DNA of 64,000 nt from Macrostomum lignano (Eukaryota). The stretch spans positions 287,992 to 351,991 of the forward strand of contig NIVC01000105.1 in assembly GCA_002269645.1 (NCBI GenBank), given 5' to 3'. The notes below the pieces were generated by a model, which ran no database searches, was not told the DNA's origin, and saw nothing but the letters and a program-made list of their open reading frames with translations. Below are positions 23,962 to 34,760 of this stretch, one piece after another (the first letter of the stretch is position 1; every line of letters starts with the position of its first letter). The position numbers and the translations under genes are program-made.

Positions 23962-24714
23962 AACAAAAAATACAAATTCATCATATATTGCTACTGATAA
24001 TTGACCTATTAGTAGTGTAAAACATTTTCCTTTGTCGCTTTTTTGTTGAATAACAATTTACTAGAAAAAATGCGTTTTTGAGAATTTTAAGGAAAAAAAG
24101 CAATTTTGTTTATTTATAAATTTCCTTTATTTTTATGTCTAGCCTTTTATCTGGTCTTTAAGAGCAATGAATTCTCGTGCCCATTCTGCAGCAGTGTGAC
24201 ATTGTTTATACATTTTGTAGCTTTTTAATCTCTTTTTTCACTCGCCTAGTCATGGTTTATTATTTGTCTCGATGTTTTAACATTTTAAACCTGTAAATAA
24301 CTTTATTGATATATTTAGAATGTTGATATTTACTATGATTTATTAAATATGTTTATTATTAACACTGTCTGTTTATCACATAACCAATAAGCTTGCAGTG
24401 GTTTGCTCTAACTATACTTCTAGTTATATACAAAGTCTATATTAACATTTACTCGAAATTGCTGTAACGTTTTAATTGTCTGACTATAAATTTAACAGTG
24501 TGATTGCCATTTTGATTATTATTTTCCATTTTCTTTATTGTTCAGAAGAAACACGTTTTAATGCTTCTTTTGTTAAAGCGATGTATACTATAGCAAAAAT
24601 AATAAATCTATACAAAGCATGAAAATTAATTATACTAAAATATTAAATGTATTTCATTTACTAATTATAAATATCAGCTAAGTGGATTTTGTGATTGTTT
24701 TAAAAGACCCCCTA

Positions 24715-25170
24715 GCCTTGTAGGGGGTTGTCGGCTAGTGGGGGGTTGTAGCCTGGTAGGGGGTTGTAGGCTAGTGGGGGGTTGTCGCCTGGTAGGGGGT
24801 TGTAGCCTAGTGTTGGGGGTTGTAGCCTGGTAGGGGATTGTAGGCTATTGGGGGTTGTAGCCTGGGGGTTGTAGCCTGGGGGTTGTAGCCTGGGGGTTGT
24901 AGCCTGGTTGGGGGTTGTAGGCTAGTGTTGGGGGTTGTAGCCTAGTGTTGGGGGTTGTAGCCTAGTGTTGGGGGTTGTAGCCTAGTGTTGGGGGTTGTAG
25001 CCTAGTGTTGGGGGTTGTAGCCTGGTAGGGGATTGTAGGCTATTGGGGGGTTGTAGCCTGGGGGTTGTAGCCTGGTTGGGGGTTGTAGGCTAGTGGGGGT
25101 TGTAGCCTGGGGGTTGTAGCCTGGTTGGGGGTTGTAGCCTGGTAGAGGGTTGTAGGCTAGTGGGGGTTGT
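24715..25170. repeat. G-rich minisatellite (GGGGGTTGTAGCCT core) abutting a SINE head
   Basis: Variable 14-24-bp units running directly into the SINE A box. Confidence 0.92.
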
Positions 25171-25240
25171 AGCCAAAGGGTTAGAGCGTCAGACTCACGA
25201 CTTGAAAGTCGGGGGTTCGATTCCGGATCCCACTTGTAAC
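25162..25240 (+). mobile_element. tRNA-derived SINE head (truncated)
   Basis: A-box-like TAGCCAAAGGG and B-box GGTTCGATTCC; homologous to the copies at 47.3 and 63.8 kb. Confidence 0.75.
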
Positions 25241-25338
25241 AAATTGCCATGGTGCTTCGGGCTTTTTCTTGTCAACCTTTTGGGTTCTCCTCGAGCGACC
25301 TCTTGAGACGGCCTCCCAATCTGCCAGATGGTCTTTAC

Positions 25339-25796
25339 CACAGATACTAAAATAACTAGATGGGCCACTCAGGCATATATACTTAGTAAAACAGCTTTCT
25401 ACTTTCAGTTCAGTAGCAAGGAAGTATACATAAGTTATTTTATAAAAATAAAGGCAGCTGAAATGACTTTGATAAGTTTAGAAGCCCAAGCTTGCAGGCG
25501 TAAACAGCTTGCTAATTGGTTCGGAAGTAATGTACATTAGCCAGTCCACTGAAATGTACATGGCCGCTTTAGGCTGGAATCCCAAGAAAGGCAATAAAAA
25601 TTAGGGTGGGGCGGGGCGAGGGGGGTAGTGTGGAAAGGCGCGATTGGAGGTTTAAGTGGGGGAGGGAGGTAAGAGCAATAAATGAGCCTCGGCTTTAAAA
25701 ATACATTAAAATGCTTCTGTTTAACTTGCTACTGAACTGAAAGTAGCTTACACGCAAATGTGCTGAGTGGCCCATCTGGTTATTCTAGTATCTGTG
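25339..25796. mobile_element. hAT-like MITE family B (458 bp), intact copy
   Basis: About 34-bp imperfect TIR CACAGATACTA(A/G)AATAAC(T/C)AGATGGGCCACTCAG; perfect 8-bp TSD GTCTTTAC. Confidence 0.92.
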
Positions 25797-25964
25797 GTCT
25801 TTACTTGCAATTGCTCTCCTCATTCTGTTAGCCTATTCGCATTTCGCATGCTTGATATTGAAGTTAAGAATCTGCATTGAGGACAAAAAAGTCGTAGAAC
25901 AGCGGCTCCTGCAACAGCTGTGGGCAGCATGGCGACTCGGCGCGGATGATGTGACCTGTCAGCC

Positions 25965-27350
25965 TGTAACATCGCAACACCAACCATGCAGCGCTTGTTC
26001 AGTTGTTGCTGGGAGGTAAACATAGATTAAGTGTGTGTTGTTGGACATCCTGCAGTTAAACCTGCACTACTCACTGCACCGCGACCTCGACCAACCTGGT
26101 GCAGGTGGCGGACTTCGAAAATGCCTGGCATTATCCTGCTTAGGGAGCCCTCGACGAAGGTAAGATCCTAGCTGATAAATTCTTCGTGGTTTTTGACTGG
26201 TTACAGTGTCCATCAACGAAGGCAAGTCAACGATGTACATAGAGAGAGCAAACGTACATTAAAAGCGATACAATTACTCAGCAAAATATTTGTCCTATAG
26301 TTCGATGATACCAGTTCAATAACTGCCAATAAGGCAAGGAATAAAACCATTACATTTCTCTCCCCGCAAAACAAGTAGAAAAAACCGGAGGGGATTTTAA
26401 AAAATTGAAACGCAGAACCTTTTAAAAAGCATGCATTCACGTTCTCTGACAGTCCAGCCCGGCTCCCAGTAAGGGTGCCAGCTTCGAGCGCCGCATCTCG
26501 ATGCTGAGCAGCACCTCGGCGCCTTGCAGGAACTGCGGCAGGTCCGCCACATTCGCGGATCCGGGCCAGCCGCCGCTCCAGCAGTGCTAAGTAGGTGCCG
26601 ATGTCGAACTGCCGCTCGTTGCTCTGGAACTGCGGCGGGAGCTGCGGGTCGCGGCCCGTCATCACCGTCAGCGGCGCCACTTTGGTTGAGCTGTGGACCC
26701 TGGAGTTTTATTACAGGACCACAAGCGGCAGCTGCTCCTTCCAGCTGGACTCGGTCTCGGCGAACAGCCGCGGCAGCTGACGGCAGCTACCAGGCCTTCC
26801 GACACGTAGAACGGATGCCGCCGCTCGATGCCGCCGAGCGACACCGCCAGGCTGGCCACCTGCTGCACCGGCACCGCCTGCTGATTGACTGCCCGCAGCT
26901 CCAGGTGCACGCTCTCCAGCTGAACTGGCTGCATGCTCTGCAGGAACCGCTTGTCCACGATTGACACCTGGCTGCCAGAGTCGATCAGCGCCGTGACGTC
27001 CGCACCTCCGATCTTGCACTGCAGCTTGGATGTTGACGGGTTCGGCTTGATGACGACAGCTGCTGCGCTGCTGCTGGATGCGCCTGCCCCGCCCCCCTCT
27101 GCGCCCCGGAACAGTCCGCTCACGCTGTGGCCCGCGCTCAGAACTGGCCAGGGGTGTCGTTTCCCGACGGCTGCTTGCAGTTCCTGGCGATGCGGCCGCG
27201 GTGGTTGCAGTTCCAGCAGGTCTCCTCGCACTGCGAACCGCGCAGGAGTCCGAAGCCTCCGAGCCCAGCTTCGCCGCCAGGTCTTGGACCGTCGCCTGCA
27301 GCGAGCTGACCGCAGCCCTCAGTTAGCGAGAGGCTGCCGGCTTCCATCCG
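25965..27350 (-). mobile_element. Internally deleted Ty3/gypsy-like LTR retroelement: gag zinc knuckle, protease, integrase C-terminal remnant, PPT and putative 3' LTR (25965..26354)
   Basis: CWNCNHRGRIARNC knuckle (His replaced by Arg); ALIDSGSQVSIV aspartic protease; WKEQLPLVVL**NSRVHSSTKVAPLTVMTGRDPQLP integrase tail; purine tract GGGGAGAGAAA followed by TGTAA...GTTACA. Confidence 0.8.
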
Positions 27351-27354
27351 TGGT

Positions 27355-28775
27355 AGCAAGACACACCCAAGACACACCCACTAATACCAAGACACACCCA
27401 CTAATCCCAAGACACATCCACTAATCCCAAGACACATCCACTAATCCCAAGACACACCCACTAATCCCAAGACACATCCACTAATCCCAAGACACACCCA
27501 CTAATACCAAGACACACCCACTAATCTCAAGACACAGCCACTAATCCCAAGACACATCCACTAATCCCAAGACACACCCACTAATCCCAAGACACACCCA
27601 CTAATACCAAGACACCCACTAATCCCAAGACACACCCACTAATACCAAGACACACCCACTAATCTCAAGACACACCCACTAACCCCCAAGACACACCCAC
27701 TAATCCCAAGACACACCCACAAATCCCAAGACACCCAATAATCCCAAGACACCCACTAATACCAAGATGTGTCTTGGTGTCTCAAGACACACCCACTAAT
27801 CCCAAGACACACCCACTAATCCCAAGACACATCCACTAATCCCAAGACACACCCACTAATCCCAAGACACATCCACTAATCCCAAGACACACCCACTAAT
27901 ACCAAGACACACCCACTAATCTCAAGACACACCCACTAATCCCAAGACACATCCACTAGTCCCAAGGCAAACCCACTAATCCCAAGACACATCCACTAAT
28001 CCCAAGACACACCCACTAATCCCAAGACACACCCACTAATCCCAAGACACACCCACTAATCCCAAGACACATCCACTAATCCCAAGACACACCCACTAAT
28101 CCCAAGACACATCCACTAATCCCAAGACACACCCACTAATACCAAGACACACCCACTAATACCAAGACACACCCACTAATCTCAAGACACACCCACTAAT
28201 ACCAAGACACACCCACTAATACCAAGACACACCCACTAATACCAAGACACACCCACTAATCCTAAGACACACCCACTAATCTCAAGACACACCCACTAAT
28301 ACCAAGACACACCCACTAATCTCAAGACACACCCACTAATCCCAAGACACATCCACTAATCCTAAGACACACCCACTAATCCCAAGACACACCCACTAAT
28401 CCCAAGACACACCCACTAATACCAAGACACACCCACTAATCATAAGATCCCAAGATCCTAGTTCTAAGACGCACCCACTAATCCCAAGACACACCCACTA
28501 ATCCCAAGACACACCCAATAATCCCAAGACACATCCACTAATCCCAAGACACACCCACTAATACCAAGACACCCACTAATCTCAAGACACACCCACTAAT
28601 ACCAAGACACACCCACTAATCCCAAGACACACCCACTAATACCAAGACACCCACTAATCTCAAGACACACCCACTAATACCAAGACACACCCACTAATCC
28701 CAAGACACACCCACTAATACCAAGACACCCACTAATCTCAAGACACACCCACTAATCTCAAGACACACCCACTAA
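27355..28775. repeat. Minisatellite, 20-bp unit CACACCCACTAATCCCAAGA
   Basis: About 70 copies abutting the gag remnant. Confidence 0.97.
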
Positions 28776-29084
28776 TCTAATCTAATTAACCAACCCTCAG
28801 TAGGCCCGAGAATCTAAAGGGGATTAATTGTTTCCTTTTGCTCTAGTTTGCCCTGTCATGACAACTACACTAAGAAATTTTCGAATTTTAAAATGACTTT
28901 TAACATGCAAGAAGCGTTCTTTAAGAACTCGTTTTAATTCAAATTTGAAAATGAAATGGTGCTCAAAATCTTCGCGAGAAACTCGATTGCTAAATATTAA
29001 AAACAAAGGATATGTAGGAGCCAGTAGGCTTGTGTATTTTCGCGACAGGGACAAGCAACCGATTTGTTGACAGTACATTAGAGA

Positions 29085-29550
29085 AATTTATCATTCTGGG
29101 ACAGTACATAACACAAATTTATCATGCTGTGACAGTAAATTACAGAAGTTTATCATGCTGTGACAATACATTACAGAAAATTATCATGCTGTTACAATAC
29201 ATTACAGAAAATTATTATGCTGTTACAATAAATTACAGAAATTTATCAAGCTGTGAAAGTAAATTACAGAAGTTTATCATGCTGTGACAATACATTACAG
29301 AGATTTATCACGCTGGGACATTACAGAAATTTATCAAGCTGTGACAATACATTACAGAAATTTATCAAGCTGTGACAGTACATTACAGAAATTTATCAAG
29401 CTGTGACAATACATTACAGAAATTTATCAAGCTGTGACAGTACATTACAGAAATTTATCAAGCTGTGACAATACATTACAGAAATTTATCAAGCTGTAAT
29501 AATACATTACAGAAATTTATCACGCTGGGACATTACAGAAATTTATCATG
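29085..29550. repeat. Minisatellite, 31-bp unit GCTGTGACAATACATTACAGAAATTTATCAA
   Basis: About 15 copies downstream of the DEG/ENaC stop codon. Confidence 0.93.
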
Positions 29551-29767
29551 TTAAGCTTGAAGAATTGCTAGAAACAGTCAACAGAGGGTTACCAATTGCT
29601 CACAGACTGAGCAGCGAAGAAGCGATGCTTCTGCAATTCTCTATCAATATACGCTGCTGAAATAGAATCAATGATGAGCTTCAACACTGAGCTCAGTGGG
29701 CCATTTGCAATGAATTGAAACTGAAGCCAGTGACCGATCCAAACCGCTATGCAGATTCGATTCGAAC

Positions 29768-29899
29768 TCAGGACTCTTCTTCAGTGTCCGAGTCGTCATC
29801 GTTTCTCCTGCACTTCTGCACCAGAATATAGATGAACTCAAGCAGCTCAAATGTGCTCACGACGCTGATGCCGAGCCAGAGTCCCAGAGTTCCTCCAAT
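29768..29899 (-). CDS. DEG/ENaC channel exon 3 (TM2, selectivity filter); not in ORF track
   Basis: Acceptor ATCCCGCAG|ATT; translates IGGTLGLWLGISVVSTFELLEFIYILVQKCRRNDDDSDTEEES*, containing the canonical GxS filter. Confidence 0.92.
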   Translation of the reverse strand: MGGTLGLWLGISVVSTFELLEFIYILVQKCRRNDDDSDTEEES

Positions 29900-29989
29900 C
29901 TGCGGGATATGGAGAAAGCATGCAGTACTCGAATTTTTGAGCAGATGTCAAATCAGCTGCTGCCCTGTTGCTAGGGAAGAAACTGGGCA

Positions 29990-30780
29990 GAAGCTCAGTG
30001 CGGCCAAAGGAACCGAAGCGGGATGTCAGTGCGGCCAAAGGAACCGTAGCGGGATGTCAGTGCGGCCAAAGGAACCGTAGCGGGATGTCAGTGCGGCCAA
30101 AGGAACCGTAGCGGGATGTCAGTGCGGCCAAAGGAACCGTAGCGGGATGTCAGTGCGGCCAAAGGAACCGTAGCGGGATGTCAGTGCGGCCAAAGGAACC
30201 GTAGCGGGATGTCAGTGCGGCCAAAGGAACCGTAGCGGGATGTCAGTGCGGCCAAAGGAACCGAAGCGGGATGTCAGTGCGGCCAAAGGAACCGTAGCGG
30301 GATGTCAGTGCGGCCAAAGGAACCGTAGCGGGATGTCAGTGCGGCCAAAGGAACCGTAGCGGGATGTCAGTGCGGCCAAAGGAACCGTAGCGGGATGTCA
30401 GTGCGGCCAAAGGAACCGTAGCGGGATGTCAGTGCGGCCAAAGGAACCGTAGCGGGATGTCAGTGCGGCCAAAGGAACCGTAGCGGGATGTCAGTGCGGC
30501 CAAAGGAACCGTAGCGGGATGTCAGTGCGGCCAAAGGAACCGTAGCGGGATGTCAGTGCGGCCAAAGGAACCGTAGCGGGATGTCAGTGCGGCCAAAGGA
30601 ACCGTAGCGGGATGTCAGTGCGGCCAAAGGAACCGTAGCGGGATGTCAGTGCGGCCAAAGGAACCGTAGCGGGATGTCAGTGCGGCCAAAGGAACCGTAG
30701 CGGGATGCCAGTGCGGCCAAAGGAACCGTAGCGGGATGTCAGTGCGGCCAAAGGAACCGTAGCGGGATGTCAGTGCGGGA
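29990..30780. repeat. Intronic minisatellite, 31-bp unit GCGGGATGTCAGTGCGGCCAAAGGAACCGTA
   Basis: About 25 almost identical copies in DEG/ENaC intron 2. Confidence 0.98.
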
Positions 30781-30823
30781 TGTCTGAAATGCGGGAATAT
30801 TGCAACCGGAAAGCAGCTCTCAC

Positions 30824-31665
30824 CTCCGACAGGGCCTCGGTCCAGTGGTACTTGTACATCTCTTCGTAAGCATCCGCCGCAGGACTCTGCAAGCTGATAC
30901 GGACTGCTGCCAGCTCTTTGGCCAGTTCGCTGCGAGGAACACAAGACGCTGCAGATTCAACGATTTTTCTTCTATAGTCTTCAACCGAGCTTAGGTCAGT
31001 AACATTTAATTTTCTTAAAACATTGAAATGGCAACCGTCGTACCCATGAACTAGCCAATACAGCTGAATTGCCTGCCTGGTTGCGGTGCTGTTCCGAAAA
31101 ATGTGATGCACTTTGCCATCCTCGGGCAGGAACTCGACTCCATGTCTGACTTGCGGTGCCATCAGGTTCTCCCAGATCTCTTGAATGGCGCTGAACGGGG
31201 GCCACCTGCGACTCTGCTGCCAAGGCCGTTGCTGGGTGAAGTGGCACCACATCCGGTGCTGGAACTGCTTCGCCAGCTCTTGGCTTTGCCTCTGTGCGTG
31301 CTCAAACCAGTGATCATGGCAGTCAATTCTCATCAGCACAGCATCCGATGGGGTGATCCACTCCTGTGGTGGAGCGAAGTAGCACAGGTCGCTCGTATTC
31401 ACCGAGAACGGGAGCAGGTGCGAGTAGCAGCCGCAGTTGCTGTGCAGGATGCTCTGCTGTGCCTCGACTACGAAATCGGAGACGGACTTTGAGTAGGCCT
31501 TGGTGACCACGTTCAGCGAGGCGTTGGAGAAGTGCCTGACATAGTTGATGGTTTCGATCGGAGGCTCGGAGCATCTGCGGCTGGGCTTCGACATGAGTCG
31601 GTTGTGGACCGGCCTGAGTTTGATGGAGGTGCTGCTGGCTGAGGCCACGTCCACGAACTCGGTCT
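30824..31665 (-). CDS. DEG/ENaC channel exon 2 (thumb, knuckle, pre-TM2)
   Basis: Acceptor ACCGCAG|AG (phase 1); TSIKL, NCGCY, WPP and ALSE motifs; donor GAG|GTGAGA. Confidence 0.88.
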
Positions 31666-31671
31666 CTGCGG

Positions 31672-32825
31672 TTTGACATGGGTTGTGAGACTGGTTTGGC
31701 ATGGGCTGTGAGACTGCTTTGGCATGGGCTGTGAGACTGGTTTGGCATGGGCTGTGAGACGGACTTCTTCAAGTTTATGTTGATAAAATACTTCCGATTT
31801 TTCGAATTTTCTGAAACTTGCGGTGGAGACTTATGGGGCACCCAAAATTACAAAAATGCAAAAAAAGTGTAGAAAGTTACCTGTACGGTTGATGCAATGA
31901 CGATTTACTTGATTCCCTATTCTCTTAATGAGGTTCGGTGAGAAAAAGTTTCTACAAATACATTTTTGAAAGTGTATCCACTTGACTTTTACTTTTATGG
32001 CACATGTGCTAGAACTTCATTAGGCCAATTAAAGATGAATATTAATATCTACAAATTAATATGCAAATGTTTTTATGTTTGCAGATTATAGTTTTTCAAT
32101 TTAGTTATAATGCATAGACAGTGCCACGTCACTGTATGCTTTTTTTAAAAACTGCCACGTCACAACCTGCTCAATCTTTGCACTTGCACTTTCACTGCAC
32201 CCAGCCAAAGCAATGTTTAAAACTTGCACTTGTATTTTGCACCTCAAAACCAACTACTATACAAGGCTAGATTACTAATTCTATTGTATTAAGGCAGTAA
32301 CAGCACTTAATTTTGGTAAGCAAATTCATTTAGATAAAGTTATGTTGATTCAAGTTTATGTTGATATAATTAAACAGAGATTCATTGTCAAATAAATTCC
32401 AACTTGTTTCACCCCCCCCCCCTATTAGAATTGGAATTTATCAGCACAATCTTGAATAGGTCTCTATGCCTCTATTCAAGTTTATGTTGATAAAATCAAT
32501 CCCCATGAAGAATCTCCCCACCCTAAAACCCTCCATTCCTCATGCCCCGGTGGTTGGTTTTAAGCTACATATAATTGGGTTAAAGCTACCTAAAAATGGA
32601 GCTCAAATTTGAAATCAGCACCATCAAAAACCCTTATAGAGACAAAATTATGATCTTATCCAAATTGAAACTATTTTATCAACATAAACTTGAAGAAGTC
32701 CTGTGAGACTGGTTTGGCATGGGTTGTGAGACTGGTTTGGCATGGGTTGTGAGACTGGTTTGGCATGGGTTGTGAGACTGGTTTGGCATGGGCTGTGAGA
32801 CTGGTTTGGCATGGGCTGTGAGACT
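31672..32825. repeat. Intronic minisatellite, 23-bp unit GTGAGACTGGTTTGGCATGGGCT, split into 31672..31760 and 32702..32825
   Basis: The two halves are in register on either side of the TIR element. Confidence 0.9.
31761..32701. mobile_element. Non-autonomous TIR element (Merlin-like termini) inserted in a minisatellite
   Basis: Perfect 30-bp TIR GGACTTCTTCAAGTTTATGTTGATAAAATA; 8-bp TSD TGTGAGAC; internal copies of AAGTTTATGTTGAT. Confidence 0.85.
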
Positions 32826-32994
32826 TTCGTGGAATGAAGCACTTTCAACTAAAACATAAAAACATATTAAAAGTTTATCTAAATATAAGAAAAAAGATTA
32901 TTGACACTAAATTAAGCAACTAATTTATTAAGTTTTGGGCTACATTTTGCTGCAAAAAAGTCAAATTCGCGGGTAGCGAAGCAAAATAACGCAC

Positions 32995-33862
32995 GGCTCA
33001 TCGGGAAGCTTTTCTCCTCGTGAATGAAAATGCGCAATCCAGCGGACTGCGGCTCGTCGCTCTGCAGCAGCCGGTTGATGGCTTTGCTGCGTGAGAACTT
33101 GCGAGACATGCAGCCGTCGTGCAGTGCTTCATTTAGCCAAATTCCATGCCAGTCGGGATACTTCTCGTTGCCATCGATGAAGAGCACCATGTCCAGCTCG
33201 GCTCCCCTGCCCCCAGGACCGCTGGACGACTGCCGTGGGTCCGGGTGGAACGTGTAGCAGCTCCAGAACCGGCTGGTCTGGACAAGCGAGAAGTTCCTGT
33301 GACTACACGGCTCGCTGTTGTAGCGGCAGCTCAGCAGCATGGTCTCGTCGAGCTGGGAGATGTCTCTGGTGTCGCCCGACACCCACATCACGTCCAGGAC
33401 CTTCTTGCACACCTTCTCAAGTCGGCTATCATAGCTTTCATCCGATTCTTGCGGGCGCCTCTGGGTGTCCTCCTTGAACCAGTTGACGAAGTTGCCCCAA
33501 AAGTTATCAAAGTAGTAAAACGCCCCAAACTTTAACTTTTTATGCTTTAAGTGGAATTCAAAGAAATCTCTTAAAGTCAGCAAAGATGCAGAAGCGGGCT
33601 TTAAGTTGCAAATTGTGATGTCGGGAAACTGAGCTCGTTCGCTCCTCAGCTTCAGCTGCGACTCAACGGAGTGATCGGTGAACTTCTGCACCAACTTGGC
33701 CAGGTGGACGCTGCAGCCGATCAGGGCAGCTACGAACAGAAGCAGCCAGAAGAGACGTCGAGCTGTGCTTCTGGACAGAAGGATGTGCAGCAAGCCGTGG
33801 GTTCTCGTGATACCTGCCACCTCCTGGGCGGCACCGGTCACCGTGCGGAGTCGAGCTCGCAT
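32995..33862 (-). CDS. DEG/ENaC (ASIC/FaNaC-like) sodium channel, exon 1 of 3; join complement(32995..33862,30824..31665,29768..29899), 613 aa
   Basis: Pre-TM1 THGL motif, TM1, FPDITICN, LSCRYNSEPC, CYTF and GLRIFIH motifs; donor CC|GTGCGT (phase 1). Joined CDS is 1842 nt, in frame. Confidence 0.9.
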
Positions 33863-34249
33863 TTTCGACTTCAGCTAATTGTAACTTCAGCTTGTAGATT
33901 TCTCAAAGCAGTTGCTAACGAGTTATTTGCTAGTGCCCAGAGAATATCGAGCGCACAAGCCAAGAACTCTTTCGCCCGGCAGTCCTGTTGCAACAGTGCG
34001 AGCTGCGTCCGATCGCTGCCCTAGACTAAATCCCTCCCGCGACTTTCGTACTTTGCTACATTGGCAAGCTCAGAACGCAGCTGATTGATAGACAATTTAT
34101 TCATATTGGAAGAGAATTTGGAATTTGCTAAACTATGCATACCATGAAGACCTTTCTCGAATTGGTGTGATATCACTCTGGCATGATCCATTAGTGTGAT
34201 GTCACTCTGGAAATGTTTATAAATGTTATGCCAGTCTGGAATTATTACG

Positions 34250-34760
34250 AGTCACTCCAATTTTCTCCCCAGTGCCTAGTGTGAGGTCATTCCAACATTC
34301 TCCCCAGTGCCTAGTGTGAGGTCACTCCAACATTCTCCCCAGTGCCCAGTGTGAGGTCATTCCAACATTCTCCCCAGTGCCTAGTGTGAGGTCACTCCAA
34401 CATTCTCCCCAGTGCCCAGTGTGAGGTCATTCCAATTTTCTCCCCAGTGCCCAGTGTGAGGTCACTCCAATTTTCTCCCCAGTGCCCAGTGTGAGGTCAC
34501 TCCAATTTTCTCCCCAGTGCCTAGTGCGAAGACTCCAATTTTCTCCCCAGTGCCTAGTGTGAGGTCATTCCGACATTCTCCCCAGTGCCTAGTGTGAGGT
34601 CATTCCGACATTCTCCCCAGTGCCTAGTGTGAGGTCATTCCGACATTCTCCCCAGTGCCTAGTGTGAGGTCATTCCGACATTCTCCCCAGTGCCTAGTGT
34701 GAGGTCACTCCAATTTTCTCCCCAGTGCCCAGTGTGAGGTCACTCCAATTTTCTCCCCAT
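34250..34760. repeat. Minisatellite, 35-bp unit CACTCCAATTTTCTCCCCAGTGCCTAGTGTGAGGT
   Basis: About 14 copies upstream of the DEG/ENaC gene. Confidence 0.95.

Noticed and set aside
25162-25240. Possible tRNA gene
   Set aside because: The acceptor and anticodon stems do not pair properly, and homologous copies continue into a CORE-like SINE body.
27355-28775. Telomere-like appearance (GGGATTAG on the minus strand)
   Set aside because: The unit is 20 bp and contains no tandem TTAGGG.
29990-30780. CRISPR-like regular 31-bp repeats (also the 33-36-bp arrays)
   Set aside because: Units are contiguous with no unique spacers, there are no cas genes, and the context is a eukaryotic intron.
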